The notes: generated by a model not told the origin, from the sequence alone. A DNA stretch of 20,000 bases from an uncultured virus (IMG/VR IMGVR_UViG_3300049442_000166) (IMGVR_UViG_3300049442_000166); one strand, 5' to 3'; shown: positions 6,722 through 15,762, numbered from the stretch's first letter. Program-made: numbers and translations.

Positions 6722-7615
6722 TTACGCGTAGAAAATTATATAGTTGCAGATAATCGAGGGCTGCACGTTGTTGCTGCCACCACCACCGAAGTTAGAGATC
6801 GTGATGCCGGTCGTCGCATCAGTGATCTGTGCCATGCCTGACTGTACTTTGGACTCTGGGAAATCGAAGTGGTAGTTGCCCCCGCCTTGTAATCCTCCTC
6901 CAGTAAGAGGGTAGCTTATTGCAATCGGCGACATTGTATGAGTGTGACCGGTATCTGAATGTTTGTGTCCCGGATCGGTTAATGCATGATTATGTGTCTG
7001 TAAAAGCTCACTTCCCCCCATAGCCCCGACGGTAGCACCGTCAACCCCGCTGTTGCCTGAGGTGATCCGCCCGGCAGCGACTCCGCCGAGATTGTCTCTG
7101 CCCACCGCCACATTGCCCCTCAAATCTGGAAGGGCATAAGTCGTCGCGCCATCGCCGGCTCCGAATGTGGTGCCGATGACAGAGAAGAGGACCGAGAACG
7201 TGGTGCGTGATATCTCGCTACCGTCGCAGAACAGCCATCCAGATGGTGGGGTGCTCCCACCGAAAGGTACGATAGCGCCGACAGGGACGTAGCCAGAGAT
7301 CGAACCGCCGAAGCCGCTAGTAGGAACACCCGAGCAAGGGTCACAATCGTAGATGACCGCTCCCGCCGCGTCCTCTAGGCGTAAGCGGTACGCAGGCGCC
7401 GCAACGAGGAAGACCTGTGGGAACATTCCCATGCTGTTGGTGACCACGGGATTGGCATTAGCGATCGTGAGAGACACGTCATTATATGTGCTCTGCAGCG
7501 TACCTGTCCCGGTCGCATACGAAAAAAGCTGGGCCCCAACGAGGGGAATGCCGGCGGCATCAACCACTTGCTGGATAGGGAGCACCAGTCTGTTGCCAAT
7601 TGCGGTACCGGACAT
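6722..7615 (-). CDS. tail fiber/tail-collar domain protein (297 aa)
   Basis: N-terminal virion-attachment-type segment (GAQLFSYATGT...TYND...NANPVV), phage tail collar motif PVGAIVPFGGSTPPSGWLFCDGSEISRTTFSVLFSVIGTTFGAGDGATTYALPDLRG, HxH motifs (THNH, GHKH, GHTH), and ending NNVQPSIICNYII. Confidence 0.9.
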   Translation of the reverse strand: MSGTAIGNRLVLPIQQVVDAAGIPLVGAQLFSYATGTGTLQSTYNDVSLTIANANPVVTNSMGMFPQVFLVAAPAYRLRLEDAAGAVIYDCDPCSGVPTSGFGGSISGYVPVGAIVPFGGSTPPSGWLFCDGSEISRTTFSVLFSVIGTTFGAGDGATTYALPDLRGNVAVGRDNLGGVAAGRITSGNSGVDGATVGAMGGSELLQTHNHALTDPGHKHSDTGHTHTMSPIAISYPLTGGGLQGGGNYHFDFPESKVQSGMAQITDATTGITISNFGGGGSNNVQPSIICNYIIFYA

Positions 7616-7618
7616 TCC

Positions 7619-7648
7619 TTGTATCTCTGCCCTCTAACCTAGTATGAT
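7619..7648 (+). promoter_or_regulatory. putative sigma70 promoter for the antisense HNH cassette (TTGTAT-N18-TATGAT)
   Basis: Near-consensus hexamers at 7619-7624 and 7643-7648, 60 bp upstream of HNH ATG 7709. Confidence 0.45.
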
Positions 7649-7650
7649 GC

Positions 7651-7684
7651 GGGACGCGCCCGGTAGTGACCCCGGACACGTCCC
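7651..7684. other. GC-rich stem-loop between the divergent tail-collar and HNH genes
   Basis: GGGACGCGCCCGG / 8-nt loop / CCGGACACGTCCC. The two C-A mismatches on + become G-U pairs on the - strand transcript. Confidence 0.6.
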
Positions 7685-7708
7685 TAAACCCCGCCATGGA
7701 GATGAGCC

Positions 7709-8254
7709 ATGCCGAAGCCTTTCCGTAGTCTACCGCCCCTGATCTTTCTACGCGATAGCCTCATATACGAGCCAGAACTCGGCGCGTACAGATGGCAACG
7801 GTGGCGCCCACGAGAACACTTCCCAACCCAGAAGGGCTGGAAGACTTTCAATAGGCTGTTCGGTGGAACGCCAGCCGGGGGTATCGTCCTCGGATATTGG
7901 ATGATCCACATCAGCGGCAAGAATTACAGGGCGGCGCGGATCGCCTGGATGTTGATGACCGGCGAAGATCCTGGCGCCATCGAGATTGATCACATCAACA
8001 AAAACAGTGCTGACGACCGCTGGGAAAATCTTCGGTTAGCTACGAGCGCGCAGAACTTGCGTAACCGAGGCGTCAACAAGAACAACGGTTCTGGATTGAA
8101 GGGCGCCTATCGCCATCGCAAGCAATGGCACTCACAAATCACAGCAGAGGGCGTCGTTCATTACCTGGGTTCCTTCCCCACCCCTGAGGCCGCCCACGCC
8201 GCCTACGTCGAGGCCGCCCGCCGGCTGCACGGCGACTTCGCGCGGGAGGGCTGA
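7709..8254 (+). CDS. free-standing HNH homing endonuclease with C-terminal AP2-like DNA-binding domain (181 aa)
   Basis: YRAARIAWMLMTGEDP...IDHINKNSADDRWENLRLATSAQNLRN (HNH), followed by SGLKGAY...WHSQI...YLGSFPTPEAAHAAYVEAARRLHGDFA (AP2-like). GGAG RBS. Confidence 0.92.
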   Translation: MPKPFRSLPPLIFLRDSLIYEPELGAYRWQRWRPREHFPTQKGWKTFNRLFGGTPAGGIVLGYWMIHISGKNYRAARIAWMLMTGEDPGAIEIDHINKNSADDRWENLRLATSAQNLRNRGVNKNNGSGLKGAYRHRKQWHSQITAEGVVHYLGSFPTPEAAHAAYVEAARRLHGDFAREG

Positions 8255-8257
8255 GCG

Positions 8258-8632
8258 ATGACCGACGCCGATCGTCAGCGCTTGGTGAACATCCTCGGCA
8301 TGCTCGGGAGCGCGCACCAGGGCGAGCGTGACGCAGCTGGGCTCCAGGCCGAGGCGTTCCGCAATAAGCACGGGCTGAGCTGGGCGGAGATGATCAATGG
8401 GAAGACGGTCTATGTCGGTGGCAATCCACCATGGCACACGGTCCCGGTCGAGAAGACTGTCTACGTCGATCGCATCGTTTACGTGGACCGCACATTCGGT
8501 AGACAGACTATTCAGCGATGGAGGCGGTCGGTTGCTCTACCTTGGTCTTGGTGTGATTTAATCGCCTTCGGTGGCATCGCTTTCATTGTGGTCACCATCG
8601 CCTATGGTGCGGTCCTTGGGTCTTGGCATTAA
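8258..8632 (+). CDS. phage hypothetical protein with C-terminal transmembrane helix (124 aa)
   Basis: N-terminal motif RLVNILGMLGSAHQGERDAA...GLSWAE and hydrophobic C-terminus LIAFGGIAFIVVTIAYGAVL. Its stop overlaps the convergent gene's stop at TTAA 8629-8632. Confidence 0.7.
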   Translation: MTDADRQRLVNILGMLGSAHQGERDAAGLQAEAFRNKHGLSWAEMINGKTVYVGGNPPWHTVPVEKTVYVDRIVYVDRTFGRQTIQRWRRSVALPWSWCDLIAFGGIAFIVVTIAYGAVLGSWH

Positions 8633-10683
8633 GGGGGCGGCACTGGTGGTGGCGGTTGAGGAACTTCTCCGCCGAACTTCCCCAGCGCCCCAGTGACACG
8701 CCGCTGTTGCAAGCGGCCTCCCACCCAATTCATCCCGCGCTGTGCGACATGTATTCCACCCGCTGCCGCAAGCGCAGGGAAGAGGCTACCCGATGCTCTG
8801 CCTTCGGCGAGAGCGCCACCCAGCATAAGCAGCTTGTTGCCGAACAGGTGCAGCGTTCCGCCGATCACACCGCGATTGGCGGCGTCTTTCAGCCACGCTT
8901 TCTCAATGTTGGAATACCCCCGGGATCTGGTTGGACTATCCAGCAGGGATTTGACTTGGCGCCGAAAGGCCGTCGTCGTGTCGCCCTCAACGCCCTCCGC
9001 GCGCTGCCACATACGTTCGATGTCGTCCATCTTCCGGTATATCGACCACGCGCCACGTGCGTTGCCTAATGCCTGGAACCCGGCCGTGCCGCCGGTCGTG
9101 TCGCCAACACCTGCGTTGTCTATCGAGTGACGCAGATCGCTTTGTATCTCCAGGAGTTCCTTCCCTTCTTCGGTTAGGCGCGGCTTGTACTCTCTGCCAA
9201 TGAGCCTCGTCAGACCTTCATCCATCTCCTGCACGGCATTCAACGTCAGCGGCTTGCCTTTGAGTGCTTGCCACCGCTGCACCATGGCATCGACTTCGCT
9301 TGGCCCAACAGTGGCCGCGCCGGCTTCTGTCTTTGGTTGGACGCGTTTGGTGATGTTATCGATGAAGGCGTCAGTGAACTGCGGCGTCAGTGTGCCACCG
9401 GTATCGTTGGCGGTCTTATAGAGATCATTGGACCACGCCTTCGCGTCTGCCGCCGTCCTGACCCTGGTCGGCGGTGGCGTGGCCGCTGGCGTCGCCGCAG
9501 TCGGTGATGTGGCGGTAGGCTCATAAACCTCCGATTGTCCGGTCGTCTGGTTCATGCGGAACTGACGCCCGGGCTGGAACACCTCATCCGGATTGACGGG
9601 TCGCCACCCACCCGTTGTCCCGGTGGTAGTGGACGGCGTGATGCGCAACCCCTCTCGTCCTGTGCCATCGAAGGCCACAGGCACCCCACCCCACTGCTGC
9701 CCCTTATCGTCATACATCATGCCGTCTTTGACACGGACGATCGGCACGATCTTCTTCCCACCATCGGCGACAAGCTCGACCTTGTGTCCTGCTGCCAAAG
9801 CTTGGTCGGCGGCGCTGGACATGGCATTGCCGCCCTTAGTCATATCGAAGCCGGTGCCAGTCTCCCCGGCGTTGAGCATCCAGTCTCTGCCGAAGAAGGT
9901 TGGCTTGGCCTGTGGCGTGGCCCCCGGTTCAGGCGGCGGCGGTGCTGTGTCGTGCTGGATCAGTTGATGCATGCGCTCCAGGTCGGTCATGCCGGCCGGG
10001 CGCGGTGGCGCCGTTAGTTCTTGAATGGTGCTTGGCCTTGGTGGTAGCGGCTCGGATGGCGTTGCCTCGTGCATGAAGGGCGCGCGCTGCTCGGTAAAAG
10101 GCACGCGCAACTCTGTCCCAGGAATGGGCGGACGCATGGGTGGGCGCAGGTGGCCTACGCCGGTCGGGAACGCTTCCGGCCCCGCTGCTAGCTCGTGGCC
10201 GAGTGAACCTGGGGTGAGTTCTCCGGAGATGCCCAACCACGGGACGTCAAGCGATCCCAGGTGAATGTCGGGGGTCGCTTCGACGACTGCCTGCTGGCCC
10301 CCGCGCAACAGGGCGCCGCCAGCGCGGAGTACGGTTTCGGCACCGGCAATGACCGGATTATAGAACGGAGCCGTTATCAGATCTCCGGGAACTCTCGGGA
10401 TGTGCGGAACCCCCTCAGCGCCTTCGACGCCTGCCTGGAAGATGCGCTTGTACGGTTCGTAGTTCGGCGTGTAGTTGAGTTCCGCCGTCGGCGGGGGGAA
10501 TAGCTCGTCCTTGGTCGCCCGATGTGGCTCCTGGGGCGGCGGCGCCTGGGTGGTGGTGAAGCTGGGGAAGAAGTCGGTGGTCGCGGCCGCTGGCGGCGCT
10601 GCTGTTGGTGGTGGCGCCTGAGCTGGTGCTGGTGCCGGTGCCGGTGCCGTCGTGCCGAAGCTGGGGAAGAAGTCCTCTGCCAT
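8629..10683 (-). CDS. putative internal virion/DNA ejection protein (684 aa)
   Basis: ATG at 10683 is coupled to the upstream TGA (TGATG). Pro/Ala/Thr-rich N-terminus with repeated DFFPSF and a helical C-terminal domain. It is the third gene of an ejection-protein triplet, so the assignment is positional. Confidence 0.65.
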   Translation of the reverse strand: MAEDFFPSFGTTAPAPAPAPAQAPPPTAAPPAAATTDFFPSFTTTQAPPPQEPHRATKDELFPPPTAELNYTPNYEPYKRIFQAGVEGAEGVPHIPRVPGDLITAPFYNPVIAGAETVLRAGGALLRGGQQAVVEATPDIHLGSLDVPWLGISGELTPGSLGHELAAGPEAFPTGVGHLRPPMRPPIPGTELRVPFTEQRAPFMHEATPSEPLPPRPSTIQELTAPPRPAGMTDLERMHQLIQHDTAPPPPEPGATPQAKPTFFGRDWMLNAGETGTGFDMTKGGNAMSSAADQALAAGHKVELVADGGKKIVPIVRVKDGMMYDDKGQQWGGVPVAFDGTGREGLRITPSTTTGTTGGWRPVNPDEVFQPGRQFRMNQTTGQSEVYEPTATSPTAATPAATPPPTRVRTAADAKAWSNDLYKTANDTGGTLTPQFTDAFIDNITKRVQPKTEAGAATVGPSEVDAMVQRWQALKGKPLTLNAVQEMDEGLTRLIGREYKPRLTEEGKELLEIQSDLRHSIDNAGVGDTTGGTAGFQALGNARGAWSIYRKMDDIERMWQRAEGVEGDTTTAFRRQVKSLLDSPTRSRGYSNIEKAWLKDAANRGVIGGTLHLFGNKLLMLGGALAEGRASGSLFPALAAAGGIHVAQRGMNWVGGRLQQRRVTGALGKFGGEVPQPPPPVPPP

Positions 10684-13595
10684 CACGGCGCCGCCGCTGG
10701 TTTCTGATGGCCGCCAGGAGCCCACTGCGGGTCGACCCTGCGAATGATCGCCTCAGCCTCGGCTCGCTGCTCTGATGTGAGCTTGCCGTACCACTTCGTC
10801 AGCTCGTCGGCGCTACGACCGTTTAAGGCGTCGGTCGCCAGCTGATACACAGCCGGCGCATGGATGCCCTTTGGGTCTTTCCACTCCGCTTCCAATTCCG
10901 GTGATGCGGGCACATAGGCTGCCGGCATACCGCCCTCCTTCGTGTTCCGCCACGCCATGTATCGCGGTGTGAGCTTCGCCGTGAGCCCTTGTGCGTGGTC
11001 TAGGATTGCCTGATTGCTGACCAGTCCTGCGTGGAGCAAGTCGCTAATTGTTGCCTCCGGCATACCGGCGTGAGGCGAAGCGTGAGCGTTCATCTCGGCG
11101 AGGCCGATGCCATGCACTCCGCCCATCTGTGCTTCCTGCTGCAACGCGAGCTTGGTGAACTCCTTGACAGCAGCATCTCGATCGCCGGCAGAGGAGAAGT
11201 CTAAATGGAGGTAGTCCTTCATATCCTCCTGCCAGCCCTTCGATAGCCATGTATCGCCGAGACGGATCAGGTTGTTGCGCCATTCGGTGCCACTGCCTGC
11301 GGCAATGTTAGGCAGGCGGTGCAGGAGGTCTAAGGTGGTCTGGTTCACTGAATTGGCCTGCGTCGCCTGCGCCTGGAGCACGGCGTTCGTTTTGAAGTCC
11401 TCCTCGGTGCGCTTCTCGTCCGCAGAGGTAAACGTCTCCTGGCCCGGCATCGCCTGAGGCTGCACCGCTGTTGGTGGTCCGGATGTTCCTGGCGGCTGCG
11501 ATATGGTTCCAGCTGGTGGCGCTGTAGCCGCTGGTGGTGTGGTGGCTGGTGGTGTGGTGGCTGGTGGTGTTTGCCCAGCTCCTGGCCCCGCCACCGGGGT
11601 GCTGCCGGGCGGCAGGCCGCGCGCCGCCAGGATGTGGGTGGGGGTGATCGCATCGGTGCCGGCCACCCTCCTGGTATAGGCCACGAAGCCGCGCGCCGTA
11701 GTGTCGCCGCCCAGCTGCGGATTTGCCGCGACGGCAGCCTTCAGCTCCGGGATATCCGCGAGCTTCGTGTTGGACGGATAGCGCGCCAGCGCCGCCACAC
11801 CACCCACACCCAGCCAATGCGCCGCGAACAGCGACGCGCCGGTCGGTCGCATGCCGTTCTTGATGAGTGCGGCTGCGTTGTCGGAGGTGAGCCCGGCCAT
11901 CGCCTCGCGCTCGTAGTCGCCGTTGTTGGCGGTGATGTAGCGATCGGTGATCTGCTGATCGGTGAGATTGGTCGTCAGCTCCGGATGCTGCTTCTTCATC
12001 TGGGTGGCGAATGTGCCCGGCATGAACTGATACACGCCATTGGCGCCGGAGCCCTGCTTGTTCGGCTGCGCAACACCGCCGCTCTCGTGACCACCCACGG
12101 CGGCCATGTACCTCGTGTAGGGGTTGCTCTGGTCGGCTGCTCCCGGCCCCGGCGGTGTCGCAGGCGCATTCGGAGCCCCCGGCACGGGGGCGGTTGGTGC
12201 AGGAGCAGTTGACGCTGGCGGTCTGCCTGTCGCGCCTCCCGGTATCGTGCCCGGCGCCATCATCGGCGAACCAGACCGGGCGGCGATTTCGGATGGTGTC
12301 GCCACCTCCGGCACGAACCTGCCGTTGACGATCCATCCGCGGTCGGTCTTCGTGGGCGCCCTGTCAGCGGACAGGTCTGGATTGAAGACATATTGCAGCC
12401 CGTTCCACGAGTAGCTTTTCTGCGACATCTCGCGGTCCCAGGCGTCTGTCTGGTCCTTGGTTTTGAGCCCTCGGAGAGCCGCCATCTGCAGCTCAGGGTG
12501 GTCGAACAGCATCCTGCCGTCGGCGGTGCTCAGGTAGCCCTGGCGCCACGCCAGATCGATCGCCTTGTTCCAGCTGGCCGGATCGGTGACGCTGCTCTCC
12601 AGCTGCGATAGATACTCGGTGCGCTGCTTACGTAACTGCTCTGCCGCCTCTATGGACCGCTCGGGGGCGAAGGTTATCGCCCGGCGATAGGCCATATCCA
12701 GCTCACGCGGCACGAAGGCACCGATAGCTTGGTTGTAGACGCCGGTTCTCGCGCCGGTCACGCTCTCCCTGGGGTCAGTGGCGCCGGGCCGCGGAGCGGC
12801 TGGTGCGGCAGGCGCAGCGTTGGGAGGGGTGGCCTGGGCGAGCTGCGCCGACGCAGGTGGGCGGGCGAGCACGGCTGGTGCTGGAGCGGGTGGCGGCGGC
12901 TGCACTTGCGGGTGGCTGGCTAGGTACTGCTCCTTGGGGACCATCTGCCCAGTATCAGGGTCTGCTATCATGGCGTTCGGGTCGGCGAGCGCGCGGTCAA
13001 CGGCGGGGCTCAGGGGTCTCCTGGCTGGCTCTGTGGTCGTGGCCCCCATCATGAGGGGGCTGTCAGCGGACACGCCGCCGAAGCCCAGCTGAGGGGCCGC
13101 TGACGCCAGCATGGCGCTACCCGGCGGCTGATACCCTGGGCCCGGCTGGGAACCCGCCCCAGGTCGCCCAGCTGTGTAAAGCTGACGGGTGCTGCCGCCG
13201 CCCTGGTCTGTGTCCGGACTGTCGCCGATAGGATGTGCAGCACCACCACCACCACCTCCGCCACCACCACCTCCGCCACCACCACCGCCGAAGGGGGATT
13301 GTTCGTTAGAGATCCCGGAGTTGGGGTCTGGGGGCTGCAGTGTCCCCATCTTCAGTCGTGTCATCTCGGCATCGATCGCCGCCTTGGTGCCCAGCGCCCC
13401 GTAGTAGGGCACCTGCGCCCGGTTCAGCTCGGCCTGCGATCGCAGCACATCAGGCTGCTGCCGCTCGGTCGCCGTCTGCGCCTCGATCAGCGGGATACCC
13501 GCATACGTCTTGGAGACGTCGGCCATCGACTGCGGCAGGGTCGAGGTGAGGTACTGGGCACCCCGGAACGGCATGTCGAGCAGTGACCAGCTCAT
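10683..13595 (-). CDS. large ejection/internal virion protein with lytic transglycosylase (lysozyme-like) domain (970 aa)
   Basis: AVGGHESGG...SGANGVYQFMPGTF...LFAAHWLGVGG...AANPQL (about 11660-12120) matches SLT/lysozyme-like motifs, with the catalytic Glu in ES. It directly follows the gp7-like gene. Confidence 0.8.
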   Translation of the reverse strand: MSWSLLDMPFRGAQYLTSTLPQSMADVSKTYAGIPLIEAQTATERQQPDVLRSQAELNRAQVPYYGALGTKAAIDAEMTRLKMGTLQPPDPNSGISNEQSPFGGGGGGGGGGGGGGGGAAHPIGDSPDTDQGGGSTRQLYTAGRPGAGSQPGPGYQPPGSAMLASAAPQLGFGGVSADSPLMMGATTTEPARRPLSPAVDRALADPNAMIADPDTGQMVPKEQYLASHPQVQPPPPAPAPAVLARPPASAQLAQATPPNAAPAAPAAPRPGATDPRESVTGARTGVYNQAIGAFVPRELDMAYRRAITFAPERSIEAAEQLRKQRTEYLSQLESSVTDPASWNKAIDLAWRQGYLSTADGRMLFDHPELQMAALRGLKTKDQTDAWDREMSQKSYSWNGLQYVFNPDLSADRAPTKTDRGWIVNGRFVPEVATPSEIAARSGSPMMAPGTIPGGATGRPPASTAPAPTAPVPGAPNAPATPPGPGAADQSNPYTRYMAAVGGHESGGVAQPNKQGSGANGVYQFMPGTFATQMKKQHPELTTNLTDQQITDRYITANNGDYEREAMAGLTSDNAAALIKNGMRPTGASLFAAHWLGVGGVAALARYPSNTKLADIPELKAAVAANPQLGGDTTARGFVAYTRRVAGTDAITPTHILAARGLPPGSTPVAGPGAGQTPPATTPPATTPPAATAPPAGTISQPPGTSGPPTAVQPQAMPGQETFTSADEKRTEEDFKTNAVLQAQATQANSVNQTTLDLLHRLPNIAAGSGTEWRNNLIRLGDTWLSKGWQEDMKDYLHLDFSSAGDRDAAVKEFTKLALQQEAQMGGVHGIGLAEMNAHASPHAGMPEATISDLLHAGLVSNQAILDHAQGLTAKLTPRYMAWRNTKEGGMPAAYVPASPELEAEWKDPKGIHAPAVYQLATDALNGRSADELTKWYGKLTSEQRAEAEAIIRRVDPQWAPGGHQKPAAAP
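11530..11570. repeat. 15-bp coding tandem repeat (GCTGGTGGTGTGGTG, about 2.7 copies; TTPPA linker)
   Basis: Direct repeats at 11530, 11545 and 11560. Confidence 0.85.
13242..13289. repeat. NCC triplet run encoding 16 consecutive Gly on the - strand
   Basis: ACC/TCC/GCC triplet run of 48 bp. Confidence 0.9.
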
Positions 13596-13640
13596 GACAG
13601 AAATCCTTCGCGCGCGAACCGAAACTGCCTAGTTGGGTTC

Positions 13641-13676
13641 ATATCAGCCTTTTGCCCTAACAATATCAGCGGGTTA
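13641..13676 (-). promoter_or_regulatory. paired direct repeats YAA-N4-CTGATAT in the gap between ejection genes
   Basis: The - strand reads TAACCCGCTGATAT...CAAAAGGCTGATAT. ATATCAGC occurs on + at 13641 and 13663, 22 bp apart. Confidence 0.45.
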
Positions 13677-14480
13677 CTGAAGTGGCCGGAAGAAGCCGAG
13701 GTTCTGCAGCGCAGCCCCTCCTGGCGTGGTCCCTGTCGGGTCTGACGCGTAGCCGTAGTTGGTGGGGTCGTAGCTGCTGCTGGTCTGGCCACCGAAGGCG
13801 GTATCGGCGGCGCTGACGAGGCCGCCGACGCCCTTGAAGAGGTCGCCGACCCCACCAAGGGCCTTATTGACGCCGGCTTGCTGACCCATGATGCCGGCGC
13901 CGGCCGAAGCCGCGAGACCGGAGGCCGTCTGACCAACCTGACCACCAGCGGTGCCGCCGATCTGCCCCAGCTGGCCCGCTGTCGTCACGCCGATGCCGCT
14001 GAGCTTGGTGAGCGCGTCCATGTAGCTGCCGAAGTTGCTGGCGGAGTAGCCTCCGGCATATTTCCCGAGATCTGCCAGCTGGCCGCCCGACAAGCTCATG
14101 CCCTTCGCCGCCGCGGAGCGATCCATGGTGTCGAGGTTCTGCTGCAGCGGGAATGTGTAGAAAGGGGTCTTGGTGAACTGGTTGTAGGATGCGAGGGCTC
14201 CGGAGCCGCCTGCGGCCCCCGCGGCGCCCGCGGTGTTGCCCAGGCCCAGGAACTGTTCCACGCCGCCCAACGCTTCCTGGCCGCCGGTAATCCACGGCTG
14301 CATGTTGGTCTGCGCAGTGCCGTAGACGGCCTGCTGGAACGCCATCGCCTTGTCCAGCTCTTCCTTCTGCGCCGCCGCGGCTTTGCCAGCCGCATTGCCA
14401 CCCATGATGCCCCCGAGGATGCCGGAGCCCGCAGAGGCGACCGAACCCACCGCACCGATGATGCCGACCGTGGCTGCCAT
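13674..14480 (-). CDS. DNA transfer/ejection protein, P22 gp7-like (268 aa)
   Basis: Gly/Ala-rich hydrophobic N-terminus, MQPWITGGQEAL, and FTKTPFYTFPLQQ...RSAAAKGMSLSGGQLADLGKYAGGYAS, the characteristic gp7-like motif. It follows the GNAT gene as in P22-like podoviruses. Confidence 0.8.
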   Translation of the reverse strand: MAATVGIIGAVGSVASAGSGILGGIMGGNAAGKAAAAQKEELDKAMAFQQAVYGTAQTNMQPWITGGQEALGGVEQFLGLGNTAGAAGAAGGSGALASYNQFTKTPFYTFPLQQNLDTMDRSAAAKGMSLSGGQLADLGKYAGGYSASNFGSYMDALTKLSGIGVTTAGQLGQIGGTAGGQVGQTASGLAASAGAGIMGQQAGVNKALGGVGDLFKGVGGLVSAADTAFGGQTSSSYDPTNYGYASDPTGTTPGGAALQNLGFFRPLQ

Positions 14481-15022
14481 TATGCGATCCTCTTGCGGTA
14501 GCTGACTTCCACCGGCCGGTAGCCGAGGAACCGGAACAACACACCGAGGGTGCGCCCGCCGCGCCCCGGCTTCACATGCAGCTTGACGCGGTTGTGGACC
14601 TCGGTGACGCTCTTCTCGCGCAGCAGATCCTCAGCCACCCGGAACAGCTTCACCCCGAGCCAGCCTGACCGATGCGCCGGGTCGATGAAGAACACATCGG
14701 CTTCGGCGATCGTGAGGGCGTAGTGCATGTGCGGCGCGAGGAAGTAGACCACGTAGCCGACCAGCTCGCCGGCCTTGCGCACGGTGACACACGCCTCAAT
14801 GCCGGCCAGTTCGAGCCTCTCGAACATAGTCCAATTGATAGCGAGCGGTGTCGTTAGATCGGCGCTGGCCTCGGCATAATGCTGCAGGAACAGGTGCTCG
14901 GCATCAGTGTCGCCGCGCAGCCAGCTGAACCTCTCTTCGTGGAACGAATAGCCGCGATGTCGCGCCAGGAGCCTGGGTGGCGGCGGCAGCACCGTGGTGT
15001 GGGTTTGCAAGGCAAAGGACAT
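14480..15022 (-). CDS. GNAT-family acetyltransferase-like protein (180 aa)
   Basis: TVRKAGELVGY...HMHY...ADVFFIDPAHRSGWLGVKLFRVAEDLL...LFRFLGYRPVE covers GNAT motifs A and B. The position between tail and ejection genes is typical for podoviruses. Confidence 0.85.
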   Translation of the reverse strand: MSFALQTHTTVLPPPPRLLARHRGYSFHEERFSWLRGDTDAEHLFLQHYAEASADLTTPLAINWTMFERLELAGIEACVTVRKAGELVGYVVYFLAPHMHYALTIAEADVFFIDPAHRSGWLGVKLFRVAEDLLREKSVTEVHNRVKLHVKPGRGGRTLGVLFRFLGYRPVEVSYRKRIA

Positions 15023-15078
15023 CGCTCGCGATCCTGCGGGTGAGGAGGTGAGCGGCCATTCCTATGCCGTGAGCGACC

Positions 15079-15762
15079 CTACCCGTCCGCCAGCCACGCG
15101 ATCAAGCTGCCGTAGGCCGAGATGGCCCCGGTGAAGGTTGCCTTGATGTTGAGATAGACCGGCCAGGGCCCCGGCAGTGGCGCCACGATCGGGATCAGCT
15201 GTGCGCAGGTGCCGACCGACAGATCCACCCCGAGGCCGCCAGGACTGGCACCACCACCGAACCAGCCGGTGGCAAATGCCCCAGGCGCCGTCTCGATCAC
15301 CGCGGTTGTCAACCCGACCGAGGCCTGCGCGATCGTCACCGAGCCTGAGCCGGTCAGATAGATCGTGCCGAACAGGACGTAGGTGCCGGCGTTCACAGTC
15401 AGCGTGGTGATCTGTGTTGCTGTGCCGGAAGTCAACGCGACGGCTCCAGCCTGGGCTACAGCCGCGCCGTCCGGCACCCGCAGCAAAGCGACACCCGCAG
15501 CGCCGTTGGCGCCCTGGGCGAGCCTGACGTTGTCAGCGAGGCCAGTGGTGAGGGTGTTCACCTCGCTGTTGAGCACACCGATGGCGTGGGTGTTGGTGGT
15601 GAGCTGATCCTGCAACCCCGTGGCGGTGGTCAGGCTGTTGCCGTGTGACGAGGTGAGCCGCTGCAGGTATTGCAGGAACTCGAACGTGGCATAGACCCCG
15701 TCGCTGCCGGGTTGGGCACGGGCGATCGGCCGGTCGCCGTAGGCGATGGTCGTGCCCGACAT
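15079..15762 (-). CDS. putative tail needle/knob structural protein (gp26 position; 227 aa)
   Basis: N-terminal PIA...ATFEFLQYLQRL, a short coiled coil (LQDQLTTN...LNSEVNTLTTGL), and a beta-rich C-terminal domain. It lies between the gp10-like and GNAT genes. Confidence 0.55.
   Translation of the reverse strand: MSGTTIAYGDRPIARAQPGSDGVYATFEFLQYLQRLTSSHGNSLTTATGLQDQLTTNTHAIGVLNSEVNTLTTGLADNVRLAQGANGAAGVALLRVPDGAAVAQAGAVALTSGTATQITTLTVNAGTYVLFGTIYLTGSGSVTIAQASVGLTTAVIETAPGAFATGWFGGGASPGGLGVDLSVGTCAQLIPIVAPLPGPWPVYLNIKATFTGAISAYGSLIAWLADG

Noticed and set aside
7616..8632. Group I intron around the HNH gene
   Set aside because: The flanking genes appear complete on each side, and there is too little non-coding sequence for a ribozyme core.
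15023..15078. Imperfect inverted and direct repeats (CGCTCAC, TCGCTCRCG) before the GNAT gene
   Set aside because: They are short, GC-rich and have a long loop with no U-tract, so they cannot be distinguished from chance.
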